Assembly: GCA_048013815.1 (NCBI GenBank) | Contig: CM106585.1 | Span: 3,720,001-3,784,000 of the forward strand | Reading direction: 5' to 3' | From: Setoptus koraiensis | Lineage: Eukaryota > Animalia > Arthropoda | Length of the DNA stretch: 64,000 bases | Made by a program: the position numbers and the translations under genes | Notes under the pieces: generated by a model | What the model was told of the DNA's origin: nothing | Seen by the model: only the letters and a program-made list of their open reading frames with translations | Database searches by the model: none | Shown: in pieces, positions 10,801-24,200 of the stretch | Layout: every line of letters begins with the position of its first letter | Numbering within the stretch: the stretch's first letter is position 1

Positions 10801-13800
10801 CGCTTTTTCTTCTGCAGCCAGTTTCCTTGCTGTTGGCCGTTGTTGTTGGCGCTGTTGTTGGCGCTGTTGTCGTTGTTGCTGGCGCTGCTTGTTATCTTTC
10901 GAATGACACAACACCCATACAGACTCGGCGGCGAGAAACAGCTTGAAAGTGGCGCTAACCACCACGACAAACAAACAATGGCTCAACTTGAAACTGACTT
11001 CCGGTGTCAAAAAGAAGAACCCAGACAGCCAATTGTGTGTCGCTGCTGGAGCTCCGTTTGGCAGTCGCTTGATAGCCGTCGGCACGACAACAGCAGCAAC
11101 AACGCCAGCAACAACAACGGCAGCAACAACAGCACAACAACAACAACAGCGACAACGGCAACTGTTCACAATGACAGTGATAAAAGTGAGCCTATATTTA
11201 GTGGTGGTTGTTGCGCTGGCAGTGCACCCACAATAACTCATCATATCTGCCACCCCCGCCTCTCGCTCACTTTCGCTTGTTGGCTGTTTGGCCCCCTTGC
11301 AATTGTCGCCCTTCGCTCGGGCTCTGGCTGCAGTTTGTTTGACTTTGGCACCATTGCGCTATTTATGATGTCACTTGTTCCTCTCACTGCAACAGGAACA
11401 AGCGAACGGCTCGTTGTTGTTGGCCCGTGTGACATCCAACAACAAAAACAACAACGACGCGGCGGGAGGTTGCACAAGCGCCACGTCGAGCTGTGGCTCC
11501 GAGTGACACTTTTTGCCACACTCGCCGTGAGCCCTGACTCGACCGGCAACTGTCACTCTCTCTCTCTCGAATCGGCCTCGGGCGCATAGATCACACCATC
11601 ATAGATCACACCATCATAGATCACACTATCATAGATCACACAAACGTAAATCGCACAAACTAAACTCACCGTTAGACGCGTACAGCCGGCCCAAAACCAA
11701 TTGGTGCTGCTCCAGTTTGCTCATCGACGTCGACTGGTTCGAGGCGACGCTGCACGGCGACCCGTTCAGCGCTATGTCGTCGGGCGTGTTGCTGGTCGAG
11801 GCGGGAGTGGTGGCGTCCGAGTGGCCCGTTAGCGAGGCGCCCGAGCCCGACGCAAGTCCGGTGCTGCTGACACTCTGATTGGTGTTGTTGTTGTTGTTGC
11901 CCTGACTGTTTGACGTTTGCTTGTGTGACATTTTAATTGTCAATGGGTGATCTAGGCGCAATTGTTTCACATTCAATTCTTGAATTGTGCTCTGTTTTCC
12001 ATTCATCATTATATTGGTGGCGGTGGCGCTGTCGTCGTCGTCTCCTGTCACTTGCTCATCCACAGACAGCTGTTTGTTGTTTACTAACGGATTGTTGTTG
12101 TCCACCTGACCGGAGCTGTCATTTCGCGCACTGTCCGATAAAACAGCTGTCTCGACAACTGCGAGACTGGCGTTGTTGTCGCGACTAGAGGCGCTAATAG
12201 TGCCGCTGGCAGGGGGTGTTGCACAAGTCGTGGTGGTAATTAGTTGGGGCGACGATTCGCCGTGCTCGTCGTGATTCAAATCGTCGTCATGCTGCTGCTG
12301 CTGTTGTTGTTGTTGTTGGTCAGTGTTGTTGCTTGCGCCCCCAGAATAATCAATTTGGTGGTTGTTTGAATTAGCAGTGTTGCCGCTATTATATTGCATG
12401 TTTGCCGCCAATTGTTGTTGATGTTGTAACAAGATAGCCGAATCTATACCTAATATACCGTTTATTGAGTAGGCGTTGGCGCCACCGTTAATGGCGGCCG
12501 CCGCAACCGCGGTCAGTTGTTGCTGATGATACTGATGGTGGTGGTGCTGTTGTTGTTGTTGTTGTTGCATGTGTTGTTGGTGCTGGTCGGCGCCGTACTG
12601 TTGTTGGCCAGTGTGGTTGTATGTTTGTAGTGAGTTGCCACTTGTCGGCGTTGAATTAGAGGTCTGATAAACATCGTTTGTCGCTTGTTGCTGACTCAAT
12701 TGCTGCTGATCTATCTGCTGGTAGTGCTGCTGCTGCTGTTGATGGTCGTGATGCTGGTGGTGCATTTGGTGGTGATGCTGCTGCTGCTGATGGTGAATCT
12801 CTTGCAGTGATTGGTTGTTGAGTTGCTGTTGTTGTTGCTGTTGCTGCTGATGTTGGTGGTGCTGGTGATGCTGTTGCTGGTGATGATGATGTAACGATGA
12901 AACAGTGGAACTGGGCGATTGTTGGCCACTGTGCAATTGGGGCTGCTCGATCTGGTTGCCGTTGTCCAACAGGGCGGTCGAGTTGGATTGTTGCAATTGC
13001 TGCTGCTGCTGTTGCTGGTGGTGCTGATGCTGGAGTTGGTGGTTGTTGTTGGTGTTGTGCAGAGACGATGTCGACGAGGTGGATGAGGTCGACGACGAGG
13101 ACGACGTCGACGAGGCCGCCGACACCTTTTTGGCCACCTCGGCCGCTTTATTGCGCACGATTCTGTAGTGGACATTTGCGGACATTTGCGGACATTTGCG
13201 GATATTCGCGGATATTTGCGGATCGGTGCGGATCGGTGCGGATCGGTGCGGATATTTGTGGAACGGGATAAGAGGGATCGAATTAACTCATTGGTCAGTG
13301 TTTAACTCATCATCGCCAGTTCATTATGGCCAGTGGCCTGTGTACGTACCTGTTTATAGAGGATACCGAGGGTATATTATCCTGATCACAGATACCCTCT
13401 TGCAAAAGACGATCGCGTATTTCCCAGGCAAACATAGTTGGATTTGATTTCTTGTAGGCAGCAATGGCGTCTACCACCTTGGGCGTGGCCACCTTAGGTT
13501 TGGAGCCGCCGATGACGCCCGGCTTGACAGTGCCCGTTTCTTGGTACCTGGTGCAATGGATATTGGGGTATATTGGGGTATTGGCATAGTGGCCAACATG
13601 GTTTTTATCGTCGTTGGGGTATTTGGCGGGTATTTAGTAGGTGCGGGGTAAGCAAGAATAAGAGGCAGGGTATTAGCGACAGGGTATCGATGTGAGTGAT
13701 GTTATGCTAAAAATACGCTAAATACTTAGTTCTAATTGATTGTTGGCCCGGCTGGCAACGTTGTGACAGATTGATAGAGTATATAGAGTGAATATTGTGA

Positions 13801-14961
13801 GCAGTTGCGTCATTGTTACGTCAGTATCGTGTCGTGTCATTGTTGTCAAACGGGTACAAGCAAACAAACAAACAAACAAACAAACAAATATACATATTGC
13901 ATGTTTGTTGGCTGTATAGTGGCTCTATACATTGCATTATTACATTGCATGTCTACTGTTACATGTGTGCTGCATTTGCATGTAGCGGGTCACACAATGC
14001 GAGTAGATATCGAAATACCGGTATCGCGATATATCGCGTTGTCCTCCGACTCGTGGGGCCCCTCGAAATCACGCCAGCGACGGCATCAGGATGTATCGGT
14101 TGGCTGTGCCGGCAAGCTGATACCGAGCGCACTGCCGGCACTGCTGGCTATCGTGACAAAACGCGCAACCACACCGCCGACAACAACAACAGCGACAGCA
14201 ACGACGACAACAACCGCAACAACGGCAACGACAACAACAGCGACGAGCGCGCTAATAGAGAGCGGCATGCGAGCATTAGTTTGGCTCTCGTCGGGCGCGT
14301 TCGCTGGCGCCCCTTATCTAATGGTGTCGAGATATGCAAATTTACCTGGTCGCCAAATTCACCATTAATGGCGTGGCCGCGCACAACAAACACACACACA
14401 CAGGCCAGCAACCATCATGAGTATGGCTGATGATACTGACGATATGGCGCAAACCGCAACTCGAACGCAACCAATTGCGCTGCGTTGGGCCCAAACGGCA
14501 ATTGGGCACTAAAGCCATCAACGAACAATGTCGCCGAGCCATCCATTGTGGTGGCGGTGGTCGAGCACGGCACAGGTAGCACGTGCTGCTGCCATAAAGC
14601 GCCGCTGCCATTACCAACGTAACGACGGTGAACGATTATTTGCGGGCTGAGTGCTGCTCATCGCTCGCGTTACACCGAAGCGTCATCATGACGTAAGGTC
14701 ATGCGAGCGAGCACGAACATGAGCTGGCCACACAGCAAAAAGAGCACACGACAACGCCAACGCCAACAACAACGACAACAACAGCGACAACGACAACGCC
14801 AACGCCAACAACAACGCCAACGACGACGCCATCGTGACGAAACACGTACATACCTATATGCACAGCTGACATATATCTGCATACACCCGGCTGTGTATAC
14901 GGCCGGGCACAAACACAAAAGGGGCCCCAAAGTGCCGTTGTCATGATGATGTTGTCTGGTT

Positions 14962-15014
<53 letters not shown>

Positions 15015-18000
15015 CGCCAAGACACGGCGGAGAAAAATGGCGTGCGTGTTAAACAAAAACAATTAACCTAAACTTGGCAAACGGCACAACAATATTAATG
15101 ATCGTATTGCCAACTATTCTATTTGGGCCTCCATTCATCACACTGCGACCATTATGCAAATGCGACCGTCGGCTGGCCAGTAGTTGTTGACCTTTGCTTG
15201 CTCGCTCCGTTTAAATGTCCACTCTGTTTGTGTGTGTGTGTGTTTAAATAAGCAAAAAACTATTGGCCCCAGACAGATGGCTCAAGCGGATAAACACACA
15301 CAAACACACACACACTGTCCGCTTATTATATACATGCGACGCTGATGATATCTATTGCGTCATTTGGACCAATGGCCCCTCGGCAAACAAGAGGCGCCAG
15401 GCAAACAGGCGAACAGGCGAACAGTAGCCCGGCGTGTTTGTGTGTGTCGAGCCAACTATTTCCGACAATTTGTGCGCGCGTCTCGGCGGACACTTATCTA
15501 GCGCTCTCACCGTGTAACGCATTACGGTGTTTTGTGGAATAGCAATTCGTTGCTATTCGCCATTCACCATTTCGCCGCTATTCGCCATTCACTGTTTCGC
15601 CGCTATTCGCTATTCACCGTTTCGGTGCGCCATTGGGCGCGAGGGCGCAGGTCGGCCCCAACTGAATTATTTTTATCATTAGTAGCCGTGGCTAGACCGA
15701 ATCAGACAATGCGCCCCAATGACACAATGGGCCCAAATCTAATCTAATGGACTGTGTTACCAGGCCCGTGTTTATATACGCGTTTATATAGGCCGCTGCT
15801 GGCCGCCGCATAACTATACTTTGCTGATATCATACATATTATACGCATATAATATATGATATCAGCACTGCACTCTGTTTATTCACCGTGAATACTGTCC
15901 ACCAGTGAATAGCTGCCGCTGCTGCGCTGCTCACCGGTGAATATCCACGCGATCATTGAATGAATGTCGCCACGATGAATGTCGCCACGAGCCTAGTGGA
16001 CAACTAGTGCCTAGTGGTAAATGATGGACAACAATAACCGTGAGCTACCAACAACTAATTACTGTGCCACCGTTACCTGGTTGCACAAACTTATTACGCA
16101 ACAAACAAACAAACAAATGATATTTGTTGTTTGAAACATACAATTTTTATGCGCTCGCTACATACATTCAAATCGACACAAATAGCCGTTTGATTGCTGG
16201 CGTGGTGGCTCTGGCCAGTGGTCAGCACGGCACCGTAGGACAGCATTATGCACAAACGCAGCACAAACAAACGTCAGATTGGAAACAACAGCCAGACAGT
16301 TATTCGGTTGCGACATTCCCACGGGCCAGCTTATTATTTGATGGGCGCCAACATTGGATAATGTGAGGCAAAGTAATCACGCACCAACAGACAAGTGATT
16401 TGTAGAAATGCCTAAACAAATGCGCGCAAATCAATTGACCTCCCGTCACAAGTCACTCGTTATAGTTGTAGCGCAGGGGCCCCGCTATTTGCAGCACGTT
16501 GTAACTTATAATGGGGGCCGCCTAGTGGCCAACAGAACCGATTTGTGTTGACCAACAGAGAGATCGGTTTGGTCGGGTCACCAGTGGGCCCGGCCGGCAT
16601 GCTAAGTGGCCGGCGCAGCCGTGGCACCTATTACGGCCGCGGCGGCCGTTCAACGTGCCAGCAGCGGCGGCTATTCAGCATGCCAGCGGCGGCGGCGGCG
16701 GCGGCAATTGATCGGGCACTTGCGACCCGCCAGCATATAAACATAAACTCTCATTGACACATCAATCGCCGACACACCAACGGATCCGATCTAAAATGGG
16801 CCCATCACCTATTACGGCTGCCCGTGACAGCGAAATTGAGTGCAGACTGGGGCCCCAGCTCGCTCCGGGTTGCGCAGCCAGTGCACAGGCCGGCCAACAA
16901 TTGGCTGACAGTGGCGAGCGGTGGCGAGGGTGGCCAAAGCGGTTTAGTTGTGAGTCAGTGTTCGCGAGTCAGGTCGCGCATTTCGTTTCGGGCAAACGAG
17001 AATCGCCAAACACGGTGTATACACGAACGCGCTGCATACATTCGCCCAGAGATATATTCATGGCAGGCAAATAAATTGCCGTTTGTTTTGGGCGCCGCGA
17101 TTTGTTGCAGCGAACGCTTGTCGCTATCGTTAGATTTGTCGCTATTATCGTTAGATTGGGCCGGCTCTCGCTCTCTCGAGGGCTCGATATGTCACCTCGC
17201 GGGTCACCTATTTAGCCAGCGTCGATGTTGCCGGCCGAACGGGCCGAGTGGGCCGATTGAATGGGGCTGCTGCGGGCAACTCGGCCCGAAACGTCGCCCG
17301 GTCCCAACGTCGGCCGGTCCCAACGTCGGCCGGTCCCAACGTCGGCCGGTCCCAATGTCGGCCGGTGGCACAAACTCCTTGCGTTGGAGTTTGTGGGGCC
17401 CGCGATACACGCGATACAGGCGATACAGGCGACACAGAGTTGGCTGGTCGCCATTGAGCGGGTTGCAGTGGATAGTCGGGTTGTAGTTTGTATCATGGAA
17501 GCGCCACTTACCTGCCTAGTATTTTTGAGACGCATCCGTGGGAGACGCGCAACTGGCGCGATATATCACACGGTCGCACACCCTGATGGGCCAGTTCAAC
17601 AATTTTGTGCCTCACTACGTCGGGCAGGGGCCGTCCGTTGACGAAACATCCGCCTAGTTGGTTCACGCCGGGTCCTCCGTGGCCTGGTGGCGCCATGGCA
17701 CAATGGTGCACAATTGGGCATGATTAGACATGATTGAGCATCCATGATGGGTAATTGATGATCGATAATTGATAATTGATAATTGATAATTGAGAGATGA
17801 GAGACGAGACAAGTTGCGGTTAGCATGTGTACATTGGCGCGGTAATTGATAGGGCATAAGTGAACGATAAATTCAAATTTGCGAGCTTCGAAGCGGACGC
17901 CAATCGGCAATCAGTTCGCTGTGGGCATCCAGGCGAAGCAGCAAACGATTGAGCGATAAACAAAGGTGAAAAAAGTGAAAACAATAAACGAAAACTCGGC

Positions 18001-21000
18001 GACAAAAGATGAACAAAAACATAAACAAAGGGTCAGTGACAAACGAACAAGTGCGACAGTACATGAATAGTAGTCCATCATGGATGCGTTGTAACGGTAC
18101 GTGGTCGATAGGTCCATCATGTTGACCGCTTGTCGTTGGTTGGCCCAACAAACTGTGGGCCTCTGCTGTGGCTTGAGAGAGAGGCCGGCCGGCTCTATTT
18201 TGGCTGTCTTGGCTGTTTGAGGTCGATTGTTTTGCGATTGGTTTGGCTAAGATTTGCAAAGATTTGTCGTTTTGTTCACCAATTGTTGGCTCGTTGGCTC
18301 GTTCGCTTGTTTGATTGTTTGACTGTTGGCTCACAGTGTTAGGTCAGTTGTTGCGGTCGCGCGCGTCCCACATAAATCACCGATCACTTAAATCATCGAT
18401 TTGTTGCGTCACAAGCGGCTCGTTGGTTAGTGGGTCAAACTGAATTAGTCGACTGTTTGCTCGTCGCTACAACGTGCCCAGCAGCTATAACAAGCGGCTG
18501 TAACAAGCGTCTGCGACGAGCGCCTTCGTGTCTGGCTGCGGCGATCTGGGGCCCCAGGCTTAAATCATCGCAGCCTATAAATAGCGAGTCGCTGGCGATT
18601 GGCTGGTTGGCTGCTGGCGAAGCGATTGGTTTGTTTATTGTGTGCTTGTGTGTCGTGCCAGGCAAACATAAACAACAACGCCAGCGCACATATACGGCGC
18701 CGATATAGGTGGGCTCGGTCGCTGGCAGTCTCTTATGTACCTATATGTGCTATATGCGCTTAGACGACGATGATAATTATTGTCTCGGCAGTGTCGCAGT
18801 TTTGTCAGTGTCGGCCGATAACTGTCAACTGTTGTGTATTTTTGTCTTTGTCGTTGTTGTCGTTGTTGTCGTTGTTGTCGTTGTTGTCGTTGTTGTCGTT
18901 GTTGCTGTTGCTGTTGTCGTTGCTGTCGCTGTTGTTGTTGTCGCGGTGGCGGTGGTCGTTCGCTTCAATTCGCTCAATGAGTTTCGCTGCTCATTGCTGC
19001 TTGTCGCCAGTCGCAAGTTGGCAAGCTCATGTGTGTTTATATTTTATATCATATATCATGTATTTTATATTGTGTGTGTTATGTATAAATAAGCGTTATC
19101 AAGCTTCTCTCAATGCGACTGTGTGTGTGTGTGTGTCTCTCTCTTATTTGCATACAGTGGGCAGCCTATATGACGCATTTATCGCATATCGCACACAGCA
19201 CAGCACATCTCATATCTTGCGCTCCCTATATTGTCATTCGCGTATCATTTGCGCTCCTTACGTAATCGTGTCATGTGAGTACAGTGAGCGTGCATGACAG
19301 TTGTTTGTGTCGGCGCTAACTTGTGTCGCGTTGCCTGACAGCGGCCTGACGATGCTGACTGGTGAATCGAGTCACTTTGCGTCCGTCAAATTCGGCTTCG
19401 GTCAGCTTGCTGGTCAGTCAGTCACTTCGGCGTCGGCGGCCAATTCGATCAGCTGAGTCGCAGCAAACAGTCTGCGAATATCCGAGCAGCGAGCGAGCTA
19501 ATTAGCAGCTCACGGCGTTTATATTTATATTGCAGCAGCGACAGATTTAACAGATTTATGGTGATGCCGGCTCGACAGTCGCAATGATTTACTGCCCAAG
19601 TCACTTTGTGTATGTCACACTTGTTATACACAAACTTATATAGACTGGCCAGTACTTGTGCCTGCTGCGCCGATCTGTTATTTATAAGTGTGTGTTCACT
19701 TGCAGTTGAGATACTTTTCGAGCTTACGTAACTGACAACGACAAAATGTTGTCGTTGTTGTTGCTGCTGCTGGCCAATTGTCCACTTTGTTTAGTTAGTC
19801 GCTTAGGTTGCTTAGGCGGCCAGTGAATGGCCGCTGCTGTGATTTGCAGTGCGAGCAACGGACAAACAACGATGAAACTTAATAACTTAATATGTAATTA
19901 TTCACTTGAATGAGTCCCTGTGTTGCTGTGTGTGCACTTTTGCCAAGCGCCAAGCGAGTTTGTGCCCGCTTCTTGTGTCGCTTGATACTTTATTTTGCTG
20001 CTTTATGGCCAGGGTACTTGTTGTGTTATCATTATGTGCGTTATCTATTGTCATATAATTATATCCATCTCATAAATTGTGTGCACAGGCTGTGTGTGTC
20101 GTATGGCCAGGAGACGCTCGCCGACTCCCGATTTAGAGCGACAGCTTGGGCCAGTATTTCGGGCAGCAGTTCGGCCAGTGTTTCGAGCGGTATTTTCGGC
20201 TGGATTTTCGGCGCTATTTTAGACCGTGCCTCAGACAGTATTTTGGACAGTGTGACTTGGGGCACCGTGTACCTGTGGCAGAGTGTCGCACAATGGCCGG
20301 CAGAGTATTTAAATCGGCCGCTGTCCGTCTCAATCTCGGCGATCTCGGCAATCTCGACAGTCTCGGCAGTCTCGGCTGTGCGCAACTGGAGACTGACAAA
20401 CTAGAACAATTAGTTGGGCCAATTGTTTAATAGTTCACTGGCATGTGAATTGTCGCCGCTGCCGGCCGACAAAATATTGCTCGCTCGCAGCTCGCAGCTC
20501 GCAGCTCGCAACTCGCCACTCAAAACTAAAATCTCGAATCTCAAAACTCAAAACTCGCTGTCAAAACTGAAAACTCTGTCGCTGCCAGCAACAACTGCAG
20601 CGACAAAGTGTCATTAGCAGTATAGGTAAACAAGTCAGCTAGATGGTGGCTGTTTCTTCGGCTCGTCGGATACGTAACGACTGTTTGTGTGGCTCGACTT
20701 TGTTTATCTGCTGGCGTGTTCTGGCCAATGAGCACTCGTCATTACGCGACAATATGGCGCTATGGATTTTGTTGCAGCGGACGCTGGCCAACGCCGACGA
20801 CAACAACAACAGCAACGACAATCTCGTACGCAAACAAACTAACTAGCTCGCCGTGTCGCTGTTGGTGTTGCTGTCGCTGTTGTTGCCTCAACCACTCGCC
20901 AGCGACCACCTTGCCACAGGTAACGACCGACGCACAGGCACAGGTAGCTCGCTGCTGCGATGATGCGGCCCGGCTCGACCAGTGGCGGCACCAAGTGCAA

Positions 21001-21188
21001 ACTGAACTGGTGCACACTGCCGCTCACAAGTCGCTAGTCAGTGTCACTGACCCGCTCAACTGATTAGTTGATGATGTTTGTTGTTGCTGCTTGTCGTTGT
21101 CGTTGTTGCCGTTGTTGTCGTTGTTGCCGTTGTTGTCGTTGTTGCCGTTGTTGTCGTTGTTGGTGTTGTTGTTGTTGATGTTGTCGTT

Positions 21189-21219
<31 letters not shown>

Positions 21220-24200
21220 TTGCGCTCAGTGGCGGCTCGTTAAGCTGCCGGTAGCCGCCGTTTCTTCTCTTGCTGTTTGTTTGTTGTTATGTGTGCTGTC
21301 TGTGCATGCAATGGTTTGCCGGTGCGATATGATTTTCCTGTTGCTGTGTCCAGCTCGATATTACGTAATGCTGCTGGCTGTATATATTGTGTTACTTGTT
21401 ATACTCGCATATCATATGTTATGTAATAATTGATCATTTGCTGGTCGCTGTCACGGGCGCTGTTGCTGACGGCTGACGGCTGATACTGCTGACGGCTGCT
21501 GGGGCTCCGAGCGATCGTTCCAGACCAAAGTCACTGTTTGACTGGTGCACCCGGTTGACTGTTGCTGACACTGGCTGCTCGCTGGCTGCTCGCTGGCTCA
21601 TCATTGGCGGGCATCATTGGCACAACTTTCTCGGCTTCCATGTTGCGCCAACTCGAGCCCATATCAAAACACACATTTGTGAACGAATGTGCGCGCACAA
21701 TTGCAAACAATTGCGCACAACACATGCGCAATGTTGTTGTCGTGCGGCCCCACTGGACAGCGTTAGGCGGCCACGGTAACGCGCGGTTTGCACGTTATTA
21801 CGCACGTTATCAAAAGAACATAAGTCATGTTGTGCAGACGACTAGTGCCTGTGACAGCCACTGTGCCTCTGGACTCGTAACAGAGCGCGCGGGATGCGCC
21901 CATCCCGACTGCGCCGCCCACCGCCAAGCTCAGACCCGGTATTATAGGTCGACAGCGGGCCCCCGGCGATCAATAACCACGCTTTGCGCCAACGCTGAGG
22001 CCCCTTCGCAAAGGTGATGCAACTTGCGACACAAATGCAGCTAGCCGAGGTGACGCAACTTGCAAAGGTGCACGTTGCGTAACACTTGTCTTGTCTTGGC
22101 CGGCGCGATGGCCGGTGATCAGGTGAGTTGATCAGTCGGTTGCTAGTCGGTGGCCGGCGGCGAGAGGGCACTCAATTTGCGTGGAGCGCTTGTCGCGCTG
22201 TTTACGGGGGGCACCAAATTAAAAGGGGCGCTTTAAAGACAGTGTCAAAGGGCAAACAAATGAGACCCGCTCGCCGGCCAAGTGACATCCATCGGTGCTA
22301 GATTAAATCGATTAGATTGCGCTCGCGGGTCGCTGTCGTTGCGGGCGGGCGCGGCCCCAAAACGCTCACATTACCCGGCGCGAGCCCACTGATCGGCCAT
22401 GGATGGATATACATAAAGTGTGCTGCACACAACCGATCAAGCACATCAAATCAGATCCATCAAAACAGCCTCTTAGTGGGCGCCCGTCGCAAGATGCGCA
22501 ATATCCACTACGCGCTGGCTCAAGCGCCACCGCACACACACAAGAAACAAGATAAGAAGTGCGCTGCAAACTGCGCGCCGGGGCCCCAAGTCGCCGCGGC
22601 CCCAAGTGCGAGCGTTCGCGATTGCGAGCCTCGGTCACGCTCGCAATTGATTTGATGAATTTGTTGTGTGCGCTCGTTGGCGCACACGCTAAATAATGAG
22701 CAAGATAATTCATACATGATTAACTTGTGTCAAACTCGAGAACTTGCGTCTGTGCATCAACGCGCCAGCTAATGTACGCGCTGGGGGCCGTTCAAGTTGC
22801 TCAAATTGCCTAATGCACAAATTTGCACTATTTGCGTCTCGCGGCGCTCGTTGTGCCCAGTTGTGCAACTGACAGCCACAGAGCAGGGGCACAGCGGCAC
22901 AGAGTAACGGGGGGGGGCAGAGTAAAAAAGCGCTGATTTGCCGAGGCTCGGACGAGGTCAGCGAAGCGTGCCGGACCCGTTGATACTGTGCGCAGGGGAT
23001 CGCAACAAAATGGTGCATGCACCCACGCATAAAAATATACTTATTTGAGGAGGAGTGAAATTTGGGCCAAATAGCCGGCGAATGGCCGGCGAATGGACGG
23101 CGAAATTGGTGGCCAGTTGGGCAAGTGGCCCAAGGAGAAAATCATCCCGGCGCGCCCCAAAAAGCTCGCGCCAGGATGATTTTGTGGCGAGATTGGGCGC
23201 CGTTTGCCAATTAGTCCGGCGGCGCGATCAGCACATGGCCGGCCGGCCGGTTAGCCGCTGATTTGGGCCCGCTAGATTGGGTGTCTTAGATTGGATAATT
23301 GCGCCGGGCCCGCTGGACAGCGGCCAGGCGAATCAAGTGAGAGTGTTCGGATATTGACTTTTTGCGGCGCCTTTTGGCCAGTCGTCGCTTGATTGGACAT
23401 GGGCGCCGGAGACATACGGCAATGTGATAACGATGACGTTTGCCGCCGACACTCTCTCGCTTCGTCCGATAGGGGCATGTGTTCGGCTGGCATGCACATG
23501 TCCGATATGCCAGAGAAACTAATCTAATTATCGGTGCCGATTGCGATTATCCGGCGCCCGAGTTGGCCAATATCACACCAATATCGCCCTGATATCACAC
23601 CAATATCGCCCTGATATCACACCAATATCGCCCTGATATCATACTAATATCGGCCCGATATCGCTCTTATGTCGCCCTGACATGGGCCCGATATCATGCC
23701 CATCTATGAGATATTTGTGAGAAAAATTTGTTTTGCGGGCCGGCAAAAAGTTTCGGGCGCCGAGTTAAGTGACTCGGGCCGGCAATTTGCTTGAGAGCGA
23801 CACAATAATCATTGTTGTTTACGCCTAGTGAGCACGTTGCCCGCACTACAACTAGATAACTCGCTCTGGTACGTACAGCGACAGCGGCTGACTTGTGAGA
23901 GGCCCCACGCAAGGCGCATATACTGCGTATATTGCCGTATATGGTGCGTATATTGCCGGATATATTCAGCACGGATATTCGGCACGGATATCTGGCACGA
24001 CCGCGACGGGCACACACACACGCACCATGCTAATAGGCGAATAATGACTTTTGAATGCGATATGGTGGTCAACAACGGCATTACGCTATCACTCTATCAG
24101 TTACGTAACACATTACTACTGCTGACGCAAATTGAGAGGAATTAAACAAATGAAACAAAATACTAATGGCGCCCACCGGGGATGAGTCACGCTCTTTTGA

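Noticed and set aside
4800-13185. ORFs 4800-6779 and 11629-13185 as stand-alone genes
   Set aside because: Non-ATG or internal starts; canonical phase-matched splice sites join them to the paired box.
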